IMG/VR virus record: IMGVR_UViG_3300042516_005475
Coordinates: 62,001 to 126,000 of that record
Length of the DNA stretch: 64,000 bases
Direction: 5' to 3' (one strand)
This document shows, in pieces, positions 10,449 to 22,473 of this stretch. The translations under genes were made by a program, and so were the position numbers. Within the stretch, counting starts at the first letter, position 1. Every line of letters starts with the position of its first letter. A model generated the notes under the pieces. The model was not told the origin of the DNA. It searched no databases and saw only the letters and a list, made by a program, of their open reading frames with translations.

Positions 10449-10928
10449 ATGGCAACAGTAAACTTAAACAATCTCTTTAAGAAGCCAGTCAATCCTAATA
10501 GTGCTATAAAGTACATTTATCAGGACTTTAATGTCATGTCTATGGAAACACTTTATACCAATAACATTGCTGCTCGTAAAGTAAAGACTGACCTTAATGT
10601 TTCTTACGATGTCGCTGCTGTTAAAAACAGTATTTCTAATCTTTTAACAACAAAGAAGAGTGAAAAGATATTAAGCCCAGAATACGGTTTAAGAATAGAA
10701 GATTTTTTGTTTGAACCAGTTACAAGCACAACAGCTACTGCCATTGCCAACGAGATTGTCAATGCTTTAACAATATTTGAACCAAGAGTTCAAATAGTAG
10801 ATTTGCAAGTGATACCTTATCCAGATCAATACCTTTATGTAATTAATCTGGCATTGAGAATACCAACATTAAAACAATCTTTTTCCTTGCAAGGAACATT
10901 TCAAGGAGACGCAATAACAATTTTATAA
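10449..10928 (+). CDS. Baseplate wedge subunit, T4 gp25-like
   Basis: AVKNSISNLLTTKKSEKILSPEYG...FLFEP...FEPRV matches the gp25/GPW family signature. Confidence 0.9.
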   Translation: MATVNLNNLFKKPVNPNSAIKYIYQDFNVMSMETLYTNNIAARKVKTDLNVSYDVAAVKNSISNLLTTKKSEKILSPEYGLRIEDFLFEPVTSTTATAIANEIVNALTIFEPRVQIVDLQVIPYPDQYLYVINLALRIPTLKQSFSLQGTFQGDAITIL

Positions 10929-10929
10929 T

Positions 10930-12738
10930 ATGGCTACAGGTGTTTTTCCAGAATTCAAATTAGCTCCAAATGCCTATACAGCATTTGACGCCACTAGTCT
11001 TAAGCGCTTAATGATTGAGCGTCTTAACACTCCATCAAATACCGTTTTTACAGATCAGAATTTTGAAGGCAGTAATTTAAATGCGATAATTGATATTGTA
11101 GCATATTCCTACCAGACATTACTCTTTTATCTAAACCAAACATCCAGCGAATCTGTTTTCACAGAGTCTCAATTATATGAGAACATTAACAGAATTGTAA
11201 AGCTTCTAAATTATAACCCAGTTGGACCTCAAACCTGTGCATTACCTTTCGTAGCTAATTCCTCATTACTGAGCGCTGGTGTTTATACAATTCCAAGATA
11301 TTCATACTTAAACGTAAATGGTATTAACTATACTTTTACTAATGATGTTACTTTTGAGAAAACAACTCAAGCAGGAATTAATGAAACCTTAAAACAATTT
11401 AGCTCTACTTATTTGCTCTATCAGGGTAAAATGGTTGAATATCCAACACAGTCCTCTGCTGGAGTAGCATTCGAGACTATTGCTCTATTACCAGGCAATT
11501 CAGTTATTGTTGATAACTTTAATATTTTTGTTTATGTATTTGAAAGACAAACAGGAACATATGTTGAATATAGAAGAGTGGATAGCTTATTCTTATATGG
11601 TCCTCAGGATAGAGTTTGTGAGATTAGATTAAACGAAAATAAGCACTACGAAGTTAAATTCGGAGATAATATTACTGGTCGTCAGTTACAAGGTGGAGAT
11701 TTAATTGCGTTGTATTTCTTACAATCTGATGGAGTAGATGGTCAAGTTAACTCTAACAAGTTAAATGATACCGCAATTTCTCTTTACAACACACCTAGAT
11801 TTAATCAAATTTTCGCTTCTGTAAGAGATGAAAATTTGACATATTTAACTGCTTTACAGGTATTAGGTCTTAATATTAATAACGAGGTAGACTCAACAGC
11901 CTTCTTTGATGCTGAAACAGTAGAATCAATTAGAACAAGAGCACCTCAAACATTTACATCTCAATACAGATTAGTAAATGCTACTGACTATGAAAACTTT
12001 GTTTATACAAACTTTGCTAGCTTTGTATTCTCTACAAAAGTATTAAGCAACTCACAATATTTAAATTCTCATTTAAAGTATTTGACAGACAACTTAAAAC
12101 TAAATGACCCAAATTTAGATACAAATGTATTATCTAATCAAATACTGTTTTCTTCTTCTTGTAATTTTAACAATGTTTATATCTATTGTGTACCAAAAAC
12201 ATCTGCATCTAAAATTACCACGATTACAAAGAATAACTTCGTAACACCAGCTCAAAAGAACTTTGTTATTTCAGCTATTAATTCAGTAAAAACAGTAACC
12301 GCTGAACCAATAATTATGGATCCAGTTTATATGGCATTTCAATTTGGATATGGTTCAAGCGTAGACGACTCTGCAATTCAAGATACTAATTTCGGTGCTA
12401 GGATAATAATAACAACAAACCCTAATATTGTTGTAAATAGAGACAAAATTAAGAGTGTTATTATTAGTACAATTCAGAGTTATTTTGATTTACAATCTCT
12501 AGGTGGTACTGTAAACATAACTGACTTAAATGCTCAAATTCTTGATATTGCTGGGGTACAATCAATTCAAACTGCTAATATAAATGGAGCTAGAAACGGG
12601 CTAAGCTTCGTTTACTATAATTTTCAATACCCAAATATCGATGTAAAATCTTCTGTATCTTCTGTTGTACTTCAAGATTTTATGTTCCCATATTTGCCTG
12701 ACTACTTTACCTTATCTAACTTAATTACTATTCTCTAA
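10930..12738 (+). CDS. Baseplate wedge subunit, T4 gp6-like
   Basis: FTDQNFEGSNL..IIDIVAY, LLNYNP, YEVKFGD, ETVESIRTRAP...SQYRLVNATDYE; follows gp25-like gene. Confidence 0.9.
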   Translation: MATGVFPEFKLAPNAYTAFDATSLKRLMIERLNTPSNTVFTDQNFEGSNLNAIIDIVAYSYQTLLFYLNQTSSESVFTESQLYENINRIVKLLNYNPVGPQTCALPFVANSSLLSAGVYTIPRYSYLNVNGINYTFTNDVTFEKTTQAGINETLKQFSSTYLLYQGKMVEYPTQSSAGVAFETIALLPGNSVIVDNFNIFVYVFERQTGTYVEYRRVDSLFLYGPQDRVCEIRLNENKHYEVKFGDNITGRQLQGGDLIALYFLQSDGVDGQVNSNKLNDTAISLYNTPRFNQIFASVRDENLTYLTALQVLGLNINNEVDSTAFFDAETVESIRTRAPQTFTSQYRLVNATDYENFVYTNFASFVFSTKVLSNSQYLNSHLKYLTDNLKLNDPNLDTNVLSNQILFSSSCNFNNVYIYCVPKTSASKITTITKNNFVTPAQKNFVISAINSVKTVTAEPIIMDPVYMAFQFGYGSSVDDSAIQDTNFGARIIITTNPNIVVNRDKIKSVIISTIQSYFDLQSLGGTVNITDLNAQILDIAGVQSIQTANINGARNGLSFVYYNFQYPNIDVKSSVSSVVLQDFMFPYLPDYFTLSNLITIL

Positions 12739-15071
12739 TGAGTGTACCGTTTTCAATTATAACTGGCAAGGGAAGCACAAGGGAATACGTTGTTAGCAAC
12801 AACAATGTTTTCCCAGTTTCTTCTTACACTGGGATGCCTGTAACTCTAAGTGTTTCTCTATCTAGTTTACCTTTATCTGCCGACAAAGACTTTATTGTAT
12901 TTGCTGTTAATGATAAATTTGTTTTAAAAGAAAACAACTCAGTCTATGATTTTCCATTGCCTGGGGTTTATAAAATTACTTTATTTACTGCTGATTTAAA
13001 TGGTGAACCGATTGAGAGTTATACAACCTATCTTTCAGCTTATAATTACATTACAGATGTAATTAACCCATCCATTGTTCCTGTTAATGATGTTTATTAT
13101 AATTCTTCAACTACAACTTCGGGTATTAATCAAAGCAGAACGTATGTTGATAACATGACAGCTTTTGCTGCTCAATTTACTGACCCTGTTTATGTCTATA
13201 GATATAATACTTGGCAGCTATGTAACAGCTTATCTTCTATAGATTACAAGATTGAATTATATTGTGATGGTAGCTTTTCTAACGACTACGAAAATAGAAC
13301 ATATTACCAAACAAATTGGTACCATTTAGTTCCTTTCTGGCAATTTACAAACGAGAACCAAACAACAATTATTAGGTCTCTAAGTACAGACAGTACAAAT
13401 CTCTACTTAACATATGATGGTTATACTGGTAATGTGAGTACACTAAGCAGTGTAAATAGTATTTTCGTTGGATCTAGCGGTCAAAATGTATTTTATTTTA
13501 AAGACGATTCTCCTTCTAGAGAAACTCTTGAGAGGCTTTATCTAACACAGAATTTAAAAGATGTACCTTTAGCACAACAGATTTTAAATAACAAGTTATT
13601 TTCTATTTTTGAGAAGGGGTTACCATTTATTAACAATTCAAGTACAATTATTGACTTGTATGTTAATTATACAGTCCCAGTTTCCTGGAGCTTCACTAGC
13701 AATGGTTTAACTCAGCCACCGTTACCTAACATTATGTTTAACGGAACATCTTTTCCGTTGTTTATTGCTCCTGCAGATAGTGAAGGTAACATTTTAAAAT
13801 ACTATGGGCAAATGCACTATATTCCTGCTAGTGCAACTATTTCAACAAACTCCTTTAAGTTAGCTTTACTTTCTGCTGATGGAACAAAAGATGCCTTTGG
13901 TAACAATAATTTATTCCCTACAAATTTTCAGTACAATGCTTATGATACAAACAACATATCAACAGAGTTATTAAGCAGTTTTTATGCTGGTGTTTTATCA
14001 GCAAATTATACTAATAGCTTTGCAAGCATAGGAGCTACTACTAACTTTTCTCTAAGTACAGCCTACACAAACATACAGGTTCCTTTTGCAGTAAATCCTG
14101 TTGTATTATCAGCATTCGGTTACGCAATGGATACAGACGGTTTTGGTCAATACATCGAAGGTATATATGTGTTTAATTATTATCCTGAGTATGTAGAGTA
14201 TAACATAATGAAGATTAATGAAAACTTCGATTATGTTGAAACTTTAAAGAGCTATGCGTTAATGCCTAGACTAAAAGATCAAACATCTTTGTTTGATGAT
14301 TTCTTTGCATATGTTGGTGGTACTCAAGAAAGCAGCCCTAATAGCATTGGTAAGAGATATTATGAAAAAATTGCAAATTTCGTTGACAATAACGCTAATG
14401 TTGACGGCGCAAACATTACTCAGCTATATGGTCTCTTTGAAGAAATAAACTACAAAGATAAGAACTACAACATAAAGTTCCCATCTGATGTTCAAAGGGT
14501 AATGGACTTGTTGAGCATTAATTATTCAAGATTACTAGGTTCCGATACAGGCTTTAATAGTAATTACGAAAAGTATGCTAGTGTAGATGCTCAATACTCT
14601 CAAACAAATTTAGGAGCACAGCTTACTAATAGTAGTATCATTTCTGCTGGTTCTAACATTATTTCTTATCAATTTTTTGGAAACGTCTACACAACAATTA
14701 CCCCATCAACAGTTGCATGTAATACCACTGCTTTAGCTACATATTCTGCTGCTAACCCTAGCAGTGTAGATGTTACATTTAATGGTTTATCTTCCTACCC
14801 GTTATCAGCCTATCAGAATAATTGGAATTGGGGATTGCCTACTGATATAAACTGGAACAGTATAACTCAGCAATACAGTTTTTATTTACAGACACCAACT
14901 GTTGTTTCTGACATAAATAAGATTGATGGTTATATTGACTGGAGTAACAATTTGACTACGTTAACTGCTATTCAATTTGATAGTAACTTATCAACATATT
15001 TTACTATGTCTGGTGGGTTAATGGAACAATATCTCGGAAATGCTCTTAGAAGGGGAGTAGGATTAATTTAA
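12738..15071 (+). CDS. Putative baseplate/virion structural protein (gp7-like position)
   Basis: 777 aa, coupled to the gp6-like gene by TAATG overlap; PKD-like YDFPLPGVYKITL; S/T/N/Y-rich. Confidence 0.55.
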   Translation: MSVPFSIITGKGSTREYVVSNNNVFPVSSYTGMPVTLSVSLSSLPLSADKDFIVFAVNDKFVLKENNSVYDFPLPGVYKITLFTADLNGEPIESYTTYLSAYNYITDVINPSIVPVNDVYYNSSTTTSGINQSRTYVDNMTAFAAQFTDPVYVYRYNTWQLCNSLSSIDYKIELYCDGSFSNDYENRTYYQTNWYHLVPFWQFTNENQTTIIRSLSTDSTNLYLTYDGYTGNVSTLSSVNSIFVGSSGQNVFYFKDDSPSRETLERLYLTQNLKDVPLAQQILNNKLFSIFEKGLPFINNSSTIIDLYVNYTVPVSWSFTSNGLTQPPLPNIMFNGTSFPLFIAPADSEGNILKYYGQMHYIPASATISTNSFKLALLSADGTKDAFGNNNLFPTNFQYNAYDTNNISTELLSSFYAGVLSANYTNSFASIGATTNFSLSTAYTNIQVPFAVNPVVLSAFGYAMDTDGFGQYIEGIYVFNYYPEYVEYNIMKINENFDYVETLKSYALMPRLKDQTSLFDDFFAYVGGTQESSPNSIGKRYYEKIANFVDNNANVDGANITQLYGLFEEINYKDKNYNIKFPSDVQRVMDLLSINYSRLLGSDTGFNSNYEKYASVDAQYSQTNLGAQLTNSSIISAGSNIISYQFFGNVYTTITPSTVACNTTALATYSAANPSSVDVTFNGLSSYPLSAYQNNWNWGLPTDINWNSITQQYSFYLQTPTVVSDINKIDGYIDWSNNLTTLTAIQFDSNLSTYFTMSGGLMEQYLGNALRRGVGLI

Positions 15072-17065
15072 TGAACGGAAATATTGCATCATTCATAAAC
15101 TTCTCAAAGACTAAAAAAGGGATCAACCAAAATTCCATATCTACTGAGTTGGAGTATAAGGGGTATATTTCAGAAAAGAGTGTACCTCAAGCAACTCTCA
15201 ATACAGATGAGAAAAATATCATAAGGGATGAGTACATTTCTGCGATACAATATGTATTGCTCAACCTCACAACCCCTCAAGAACGGGTTTTCTTTAAAGA
15301 CTTAGACCTTTCTAATAATAACAACTTAGCTACCGTGATTCCCTTAGTTTCACAGAAGCTAAAAGAGGTAGCAATTTATATTGCCAAGGAAAGAGAAAGA
15401 GCAAAATTCTCAACCATTAAATATAACCTCAAGGGTTCTGATTATGGTACAACAATTTATGTAAAGAACTATGTATACACTCTTTACAATGACCCTGATT
15501 TTACTTCTTTATTTTTAACATTCCCACCACTTTCCTCAATTAACTATCTTGATGCGAGTCTAAACTACTATTATGCTCAAAACGTAGACTTATATGACAA
15601 AGATTACGCAGTAGGTTTACAGGATCCAGGGCTTTATAATGGTGGAGACTATGAAAAGTTAAACCTGTTGTATTTCAACAAGGATTTATATTTTCCTGCC
15701 TTGAGCAGTAATGTAATTAGGCAGTATACTGCCCTCAATTTAAAGTTTTTAAAAACTAGCAACAATAAAACTATTGTTGTTAATAGCAAACAAAAACTTA
15801 AAGTTAAGTATGTTTCTACCAACATTAATGATTTAGAGGCAAAATACTTTTTATACGGTGAGAAAACAGAAGCTAACCTAATTTTTAACATAATTAAAAA
15901 CGGTGTAGCAGGTGCTCAAAGCGCTCTAGGTTCTAACAAGTTCCTTGGTAATAATTTAGTGTATGTAGCTGATGCTAATACATCTAACCCGCTTTCTGGT
16001 GCCTTAGTTGAGGCTGGACAAAGGTATGCTAACATTTTAAACTATCGCAATTACACCTTACAGGCACTTGAATCTAATTTTGCTATTAGAAAGCTCAATC
16101 AAATTGGTGGCTTTTTCTTACCTGAAAAGCAAGGTTTAAGTGTTGCTTTGAGTAAGCAATATAGTTTTTACTACAATACTTCTCTTTCTGGTCTAAATGT
16201 TACAGTTGATCCAGCCTTAGCAATTAACCCTAGAGGTAATTCTAAACTACAATACCCAAATGTGTTCTATTTTACAGAGAACGCTAGTTGGATTATTAAT
16301 GATTTAGCTGGGCAGTATAATTGGGGTAGAATTAAAGACATTAAACCGTATCAAAAGCTTAATGGCTATCAGTCTTATGAAGAAGTTAACTTTGAATACA
16401 AGTCTGGTATCAACAAAGTAACAGATAGCTTTGATTTCTTTACCGGTCCTGAGAGAAATATATGGGCAAATTCAGATGTTTACAGTGTTACGGTTGGTCA
16501 ACCCTTGCCTCTTAATACAAGAGAGGAAAGTTATAACACAGGTGTAGAAGACATCTATAGATGGCAAGGAGATATATACGGCAATAACTATGCTTTGTAT
16601 AAGAGACTCAACAACTATGATGTACCTGAACAATTTAATCAGCAATATAGTAATACAGCTGCATTGAATCTGGAAGACTTTCAAGCAAATGTAGGTTTAA
16701 TTACAGCTTCTGATGAAGTAGCCTTCTTATATAGATTAAGCTCGTTCGATACTGATGTTCAATCTCTTTCTACAACAACAATTTACAATACTATTCATGA
16801 AAAGTATCAAAAGTTTGGAGAGGTTTACGTTAGAACCTTTAATAATACAGCATTGAAAACTTTATCAGATGCATTTAGCGCTGTGTTTTCTAAGTACAGT
16901 ACAGCTATTCAAAATGAAATTAGGAATAGCGTAAAAACATTCAACATAATTAACGATGTTATTATTATTAAGACTGAAAACTATAAGGTGATGGAGAGAT
17001 TTGTGTTTGATATTGATCAAGACACATTTGTTCCATTTTACACATTTAGAACAGAACTTCAGTAG
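15071..17065 (+). CDS. Putative virion structural protein
   Basis: 664 aa, TAATG-coupled within the baseplate operon; no specific motif. Confidence 0.55.
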   Translation: MNGNIASFINFSKTKKGINQNSISTELEYKGYISEKSVPQATLNTDEKNIIRDEYISAIQYVLLNLTTPQERVFFKDLDLSNNNNLATVIPLVSQKLKEVAIYIAKERERAKFSTIKYNLKGSDYGTTIYVKNYVYTLYNDPDFTSLFLTFPPLSSINYLDASLNYYYAQNVDLYDKDYAVGLQDPGLYNGGDYEKLNLLYFNKDLYFPALSSNVIRQYTALNLKFLKTSNNKTIVVNSKQKLKVKYVSTNINDLEAKYFLYGEKTEANLIFNIIKNGVAGAQSALGSNKFLGNNLVYVADANTSNPLSGALVEAGQRYANILNYRNYTLQALESNFAIRKLNQIGGFFLPEKQGLSVALSKQYSFYYNTSLSGLNVTVDPALAINPRGNSKLQYPNVFYFTENASWIINDLAGQYNWGRIKDIKPYQKLNGYQSYEEVNFEYKSGINKVTDSFDFFTGPERNIWANSDVYSVTVGQPLPLNTREESYNTGVEDIYRWQGDIYGNNYALYKRLNNYDVPEQFNQQYSNTAALNLEDFQANVGLITASDEVAFLYRLSSFDTDVQSLSTTTIYNTIHEKYQKFGEVYVRTFNNTALKTLSDAFSAVFSKYSTAIQNEIRNSVKTFNIINDVIIIKTENYKVMERFVFDIDQDTFVPFYTFRTELQ

Positions 17066-17096
17066 TAGAAATAACAAAAATAGATAAATAATTTCG

Positions 17097-19409
17097 ATGG
17101 TTTGCTCTGTACCTAACTTAACTGGATCTTTTGGAAGCTGCGCGCAAGACATTGTTGCAAGCGATTTTAACAAAGATTCTGTGTTTTGGTATATAGAAAA
17201 TGAAGATTCTGTATACAATTTTAAGCTAACTCTCTGCCCTTTCCTATCAGCTACACCATTAAAAATTGTTTATCCAGAAATTGAAATTTTTAATTTAAAG
17301 ACGTTTAATAAAACATACGCTTTCCCTTCATTTAACACAGTTGACGAGCAATCTTTTCCAAGTTTACTACCATTCTCTGTTAATAGCTTACCAAGCGGAG
17401 CAGAGTATAATATAAAAAGTATAGACCAACCAGTATTAAGTTACAACTCAATTAATAACATTTTTGATTTATCTTTTATTGGTAGATTTCCTGCTGGAGT
17501 AGAGGGTTTATCAATTTTTAATTACCGTTTCTTAAAGAATAATCAGACAGTTAATCCTTACGCAATAAACATTTATACTCCAAGTCAGTTTATTTTCTCT
17601 TCTAACTTTGCTGATGGTTATTTCTCTAAGTTCTTAGATTTACAAACATATCCTAAGAGTGTTGGTTTTTATGTGTTGCCCCTTTCAGTTAATACAATAG
17701 AATATCCTTGTAATTATGAACCCCCCTGCCAAAGTATTACAGCTGTTCACAATTTAGCTAATGACAGCTTAAAGTTTAACTCTGCTAGTGTTGATACTTT
17801 AAGCACATTTGGTAACAATGTTACTTTTTTAAACTATGTTTGCGGTTTTAACCCTGATAAAGACATACAGATAGTATTTGATGCTGCAGCTTATATTTTT
17901 AATAATGAGCAGGTTTTAGGTACAGTTAATAGTACAGAAATTTGTTCTGCTAGAACAGTTACTAATTTTACTAGAGGGGGAGCAGGAGAAGGTTTTTGTG
18001 TTTATTTTTACCAATTAACAAGCTTTGCTGATTTTATTGGTTCAGGACCAGCTTCTTGTTTTGGCTATGCTCCTGGCTCAGCTGTTGATGTAGACTACTT
18101 AAACGGAACACCTATGATGTTTCCGTTTGGTATGTATGGTGGTTATTTGGGGTTAGGTTTTGATATTGGTGGAGATTTCGGTACTCGTTTACATGGAAAA
18201 AGTGCTGTTGGGTCTGCTTCTCCTAATGCAAAACGTCCAAACACTATTACATTAAGAAGCAGTCAATTAGATAATTTTAATGTTTTAACAACAACAAATA
18301 ATTTAACAGCATACAATTTATATCTTGCACAACAAGTCACTTCTGTAGATGAAGTTAAGTTTAACACCTACAAAGTTGTATTAGATAATCACGGCAAAAG
18401 AATTAGAGCAAGTGTATTAGATTGTCTTTCAAACGAGTTTATAGATATTTTTTGCTATGAGGTTGACTTTGCAGATGGCTGTGATGCTTCTCCTTCAATT
18501 TTATTTCCTGGAATAAGCTTTTCTACAAGTGAATATACATGTAATTTTGAAATTAAAAATGTTTCATTTATAGGAGCCTTAGCTGACACTGAAGCAGATG
18601 CTTGTGGTAGAGTGCGTATACCAACACCAACTCCAACCTGCCCAATCTTCCTGCTATCTCCTACACCTACACCAACAAGTTCTGTTACACCAACACCAAC
18701 ACCTTCAATATCAGTATCTTCTACAGTTACACCAACTGTCACACCTACAAATACAGTAACCCCAACTTTAACACCTACAAAAACAGTTACACCTACAAAT
18801 ACTGTTACACCTACTCCTACTTTAACTCCTTTATACTCCCCAACCCCAACAAGTACTGCAACTCAAACAGTTACACCTACACCTACCATTACCCCAACTT
18901 TAACAGTTACACCTACAAAAACAGTTACACCTACACCTACCATTACCCCATCAGTAACAGTTACTCCAACACCATCCCCTGCTGCAACAAATGTGTATTG
19001 TTGGTTTACTCCTTCAATTTACATTTATCTTTCTAGCTTTGCCTCTTGTAGAGCTTATTTTACTGCTAATGGTATTTCTGAGCAATCAGGTGGAGTTATT
19101 ATTAGGAGTAATATTGCGGCGCTGGGTGGTATTGATTTAACCAAGATATTAAGATTTATTTTCAATAGACTGCCAACTGTTTCAAATATTTCTAGTACTA
19201 ATAATTGGGGTATATATGGATCAACTACACCAAACTATTATGTAAACTACACATACGATTCTGGTAATAATGATTATACTGTTGACATTTATAGAACAAG
19301 CGATAATGCTAATATTGCCAGTATTTCAAGCTTATCGTTCGTAAATAATGATGCAGCTCAGGAATCGTTTATAGCCTGCCAGTGTTTGTATGTAGCCTTA
19401 TACGTATAA
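17097..19409 (+). CDS. Putative virion adhesin: L-type lectin-like domain + Thr/Pro linker + Cys-containing C-terminal domain
   Basis: [11 protein letters not shown]...GPASCFGY...[14 protein letters not shown]...PNTITLR resembles bacterial L-type lectin domains. TPT repeats at about 18621-18980. C-terminal domain is shared with the 3533-aa protein. Confidence 0.65.
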   Translation: MVCSVPNLTGSFGSCAQDIVASDFNKDSVFWYIENEDSVYNFKLTLCPFLSATPLKIVYPEIEIFNLKTFNKTYAFPSFNTVDEQSFPSLLPFSVNSLPSGAEYNIKSIDQPVLSYNSINNIFDLSFIGRFPAGVEGLSIFNYRFLKNNQTVNPYAINIYTPSQFIFSSNFADGYFSKFLDLQTYPKSVGFYVLPLSVNTIEYPCNYEPPCQSITAVHNLANDSLKFNSASVDTLSTFGNNVTFLNYVCGFNPDKDIQIVFDAAAYIFNNEQVLGTVNSTEICSARTVTNFTRGGAGEGFCVYFYQLTSFADFIGSGPASCFGYAPGSAVDVDYLNGTPMMFPFGMYGGYLGLGFDIGGDFGTRLHGKSAVGSASPNAKRPNTITLRSSQLDNFNVLTTTNNLTAYNLYLAQQVTSVDEVKFNTYKVVLDNHGKRIRASVLDCLSNEFIDIFCYEVDFADGCDASPSILFPGISFSTSEYTCNFEIKNVSFIGALADTEADACGRVRIPTPTPTCPIFLLSPTPTPTSSVTPTPTPSISVSSTVTPTVTPTNTVTPTLTPTKTVTPTNTVTPTPTLTPLYSPTPTSTATQTVTPTPTITPTLTVTPTKTVTPTPTITPSVTVTPTPSPAATNVYCWFTPSIYIYLSSFASCRAYFTANGISEQSGGVIIRSNIAALGGIDLTKILRFIFNRLPTVSNISSTNNWGIYGSTTPNYYVNYTYDSGNNDYTVDIYRTSDNANIASISSLSFVNNDAAQESFIACQCLYVALYV

Positions 19410-19410
19410 T

Positions 19411-21150
19411 ATGAATAGAGTAAGCTCAAATTTTTATTTTGCCCCATCTTCAACCCAGACAAATTATCTTTCGTCTGGTAACCTAAGCGCTTTCTCTACT
19501 ACTAACTTTTCTCTTTCTACTGATGGTTTAACTAATCTTGTTTTAAGCTTATCAAATGTTCAAGAAAATTTTGACAGATATCAAAAGGTATTAGTTGATT
19601 GGGGTCAAGGCAAGGAGTATTATGAGGCTACAATTAACCCAATTTCTACTCAATCTATAAGTGATTTTATTTTTCAAAACTTTTTTACTACATCTTCTAC
19701 TAATGACCCGAACACCTTTAACGTTTCATTAAGTTTATTTAGATTGCCTTTTAATAATGTTTTTGATACAATTAATATTGATCTTAACATTTTTCAACCA
19801 AGCTTTACTGACGAGTATAATATAAAGTTATTAAAAAACTATAACTATTATGACCCAGATACTAAGATTAATAATTTAGTATTATTTATTGAGCAGCAAA
19901 ATAATAATGGTATTTCTGTTGTTTATAATGAGATAGGTAATAATTTAACTAATTTTGTTGATACAAGAATTAGTGCAGCTCTTGTAAATTTTGTACCAGA
20001 TGTTTCCGTAGAAGGCATCGCTGAGTATCATTTAAGTGCTTGTGATTGTAACGGATTACTAGCAGTAAATAGAGCCTCTGATGGTGTAGGACCAGCAATG
20101 GTAATTGTTACAGCCTTAACAGCAGACTTTTTATATACTTCTAGCACTAATACAGTTTATTATCCAGTAACAGGTTTTACATATTCAGCCTTGACTGAAA
20201 CAGCTAAAGTGATTAATTGGAGCTCTAATGAAACAGGTATAAAGTACTTCTCGGTACCGATTTATGTACCTGACTTATATGTAAATACACCTCAGTTCTT
20301 CTTAGTAACAATTGAAAATCTTTTTAACACTTTTGTTGACCCAACTTCAACACAGGCGTTTGTATTATTAGACCCATATTCTGATTGTATGTTAGATATG
20401 GAACCATGTGGAGTTGCTCCTATACCATCCCCAACAGTTACACCTACAATCACTCCTACAAATACAATCACTCCTACAATCACACCTACAATCACACCAA
20501 CGACTGGTTTATCTCCAACTGTTACCCCAACTGTAACCCCAACTAAAACTGTAACCCCAACTGTAACCCCAACTAAAACTGTAACCCCAACTTCTACCCC
20601 TACAGCTACCCCAACTGTAACCCCAACAAAGACATTAACACCTACTAACACAGTTACACCACCAGCTACAGTCACGCCAACAGTTACACCAACCACAACA
20701 CCACCAGCTACAGTTACACCAACAGTTACAGTCACCCCAACCGCAACACCACCAGCTACAGTTACACAAACAGTTACAGTTACTCCTTCACCAACACCTC
20801 AAGATCCAACATGCGCAGAGGCTTTGCAATTAGTCACCCTTACAGTTTATAACCCTTTCTCGGCAACTGTAACAGATTTAACTTGGTCAATTAATGACAC
20901 TGAAGAATCTCAGATGGCTATTTTTGCTACTCAACCGCTATCTGTTAGCCAATATGGAAACCCAACAATTGGAATAGTACGGTCTTGTTGTACTTTTGAT
21001 GATCCAACATGGAAAATAACATTCTACTGGACAAGCCCTGATGGGAAAGGACCCCAAAACTTTGTATTCCCTGATGATGTTTCTGATGGACCTTGGACAG
21101 TTTGTACATATGGAGCGCTATATAGTACATGGCAGGTCAATCTTAGCTAA
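19411..21150 (+). CDS. Putative virion protein: Calx-beta-like domain + Thr/Pro linker + Cys-rich C-terminal domain
   Basis: VINWSSNETGIKYFSVPIY...FLVTIEN resembles Calx-beta. TPT repeats at about 20420-20800. Confidence 0.55.
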   Translation: MNRVSSNFYFAPSSTQTNYLSSGNLSAFSTTNFSLSTDGLTNLVLSLSNVQENFDRYQKVLVDWGQGKEYYEATINPISTQSISDFIFQNFFTTSSTNDPNTFNVSLSLFRLPFNNVFDTINIDLNIFQPSFTDEYNIKLLKNYNYYDPDTKINNLVLFIEQQNNNGISVVYNEIGNNLTNFVDTRISAALVNFVPDVSVEGIAEYHLSACDCNGLLAVNRASDGVGPAMVIVTALTADFLYTSSTNTVYYPVTGFTYSALTETAKVINWSSNETGIKYFSVPIYVPDLYVNTPQFFLVTIENLFNTFVDPTSTQAFVLLDPYSDCMLDMEPCGVAPIPSPTVTPTITPTNTITPTITPTITPTTGLSPTVTPTVTPTKTVTPTVTPTKTVTPTSTPTATPTVTPTKTLTPTNTVTPPATVTPTVTPTTTPPATVTPTVTVTPTATPPATVTQTVTVTPSPTPQDPTCAEALQLVTLTVYNPFSATVTDLTWSINDTEESQMAIFATQPLSVSQYGNPTIGIVRSCCTFDDPTWKITFYWTSPDGKGPQNFVFPDDVSDGPWTVCTYGALYSTWQVNLS

Positions 21151-21183
21151 TTGAAAAATAATTAAGGTGGTATAAATCCTCGT

Positions 21184-22473
21184 ATGAGTTCCGCCTCTAA
21201 CGATAAGATTTTTTGCCAAATAGCTGCATATAGAGACCCCCAACTAATCCCAACGCTTAGAAGCATGATTGACAATGCTTCGAACCCAGACAACCTTGTA
21301 TTTTGTATTGCCTGGCAACGCGACAAGAGAGATGAGTTTGATAATCTAGAGATTTTTAGCCAGGATCCTAGATTTATTATTATTGAAATTCCTGCTATGG
21401 AGAGCAAAGGAGCCTGTTGGGCTCGTAACTTAATCCAGCAGCGCTATAATGGGGAAGGTTATACTCTTCAAATTGACAGCCACATGCGCTTTGTAAAAGA
21501 TTGGGACAGTAAATGCATCAGTATGATTAAGCAGCTACAAGAAACTGGCTATGAAAAGCCTTTGTTAACAAGCTATGTTAGCTCTTTTGACCCTGATGAT
21601 GATACTAAGTTTGTAAAAGAGCCATGGAAGATGAAGTTTGATCGCTTTATTCCAGAAGGAGCAATATTCTTCTTACCTGAAACAATTGATGAATGGCAGC
21701 ACTTAACAACACCTGTAAAGGCTAGATTCTATTCAGCTCACTTTTGCTTTACTTTGGGCACAATGTGTCAAGAGGTTCCACATGACCCAAATTATTATTT
21801 CCATGGTGAAGAAATTTCAATTGCTGTAAGAGCCTTTACTCACGGCTATGATTTATTCCACCCACATATGATTATTTGCTGGCATGAATATACTCGTAAG
21901 GGTAGAACCAAGCATTGGGATGACCACGTTGAGTCAAATAAAGAGGTGGTACCGTGGCATATTCGTAACAATGATTGCCACAAGCGTAATAGATGCTTGT
22001 TTAGCATGGATGGTGAGAAACATGAGTCTGTTGATTGGGGTATGTATGGTTTTGGTACTAAGCGTACTCTAAAAGATTATGAGGACTATGCTGGTATTAA
22101 TTTTAAGCTAAGACTTGCTCATAAGTTTACTACAGACAATGTTGATTATCCTCCTAATCCAATTGTTTATAAGAATGATGAAGAGTGGAAGTCTAAGTGC
22201 TTGAAGAATTACGACATACAGGTTCAGATAAAAGAAGAATATGAAAATAACCCAGACGTTCTATTTTGGTTCTTTGGAGTTCACAACGCCTCTGGAGATG
22301 AATTGTTCAGAAAAGACTTTACCTATGATATGTTAGAGAAGATTAGAAATGAGAACATTAAGTCTGAACTTGTAACAATTCGCACTAATGATAAGCCCGC
22401 TAAGTATATTATTTGGGTGCACAAGAAAGAAACCGGTTGGGGGCAAAGATTTGAAATACCAATTAACGTATGA
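21184..22473 (+). CDS. GT60-family (Pfam GlcNAc; Skp1-hydroxyproline / mucin-type alpha-GlcNAc transferase-like) glycosyltransferase
   Basis: IFCQIAAYRDPQL, SKGACWAR, YTLQIDSHMRF (DSH metal motif), VPHDP..YFHGEEI..AVRAFTHGYDLFHP...WHEY.R. Confidence 0.85.
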   Translation: MSSASNDKIFCQIAAYRDPQLIPTLRSMIDNASNPDNLVFCIAWQRDKRDEFDNLEIFSQDPRFIIIEIPAMESKGACWARNLIQQRYNGEGYTLQIDSHMRFVKDWDSKCISMIKQLQETGYEKPLLTSYVSSFDPDDDTKFVKEPWKMKFDRFIPEGAIFFLPETIDEWQHLTTPVKARFYSAHFCFTLGTMCQEVPHDPNYYFHGEEISIAVRAFTHGYDLFHPHMIICWHEYTRKGRTKHWDDHVESNKEVVPWHIRNNDCHKRNRCLFSMDGEKHESVDWGMYGFGTKRTLKDYEDYAGINFKLRLAHKFTTDNVDYPPNPIVYKNDEEWKSKCLKNYDIQVQIKEEYENNPDVLFWFFGVHNASGDELFRKDFTYDMLEKIRNENIKSELVTIRTNDKPAKYIIWVHKKETGWGQRFEIPINV

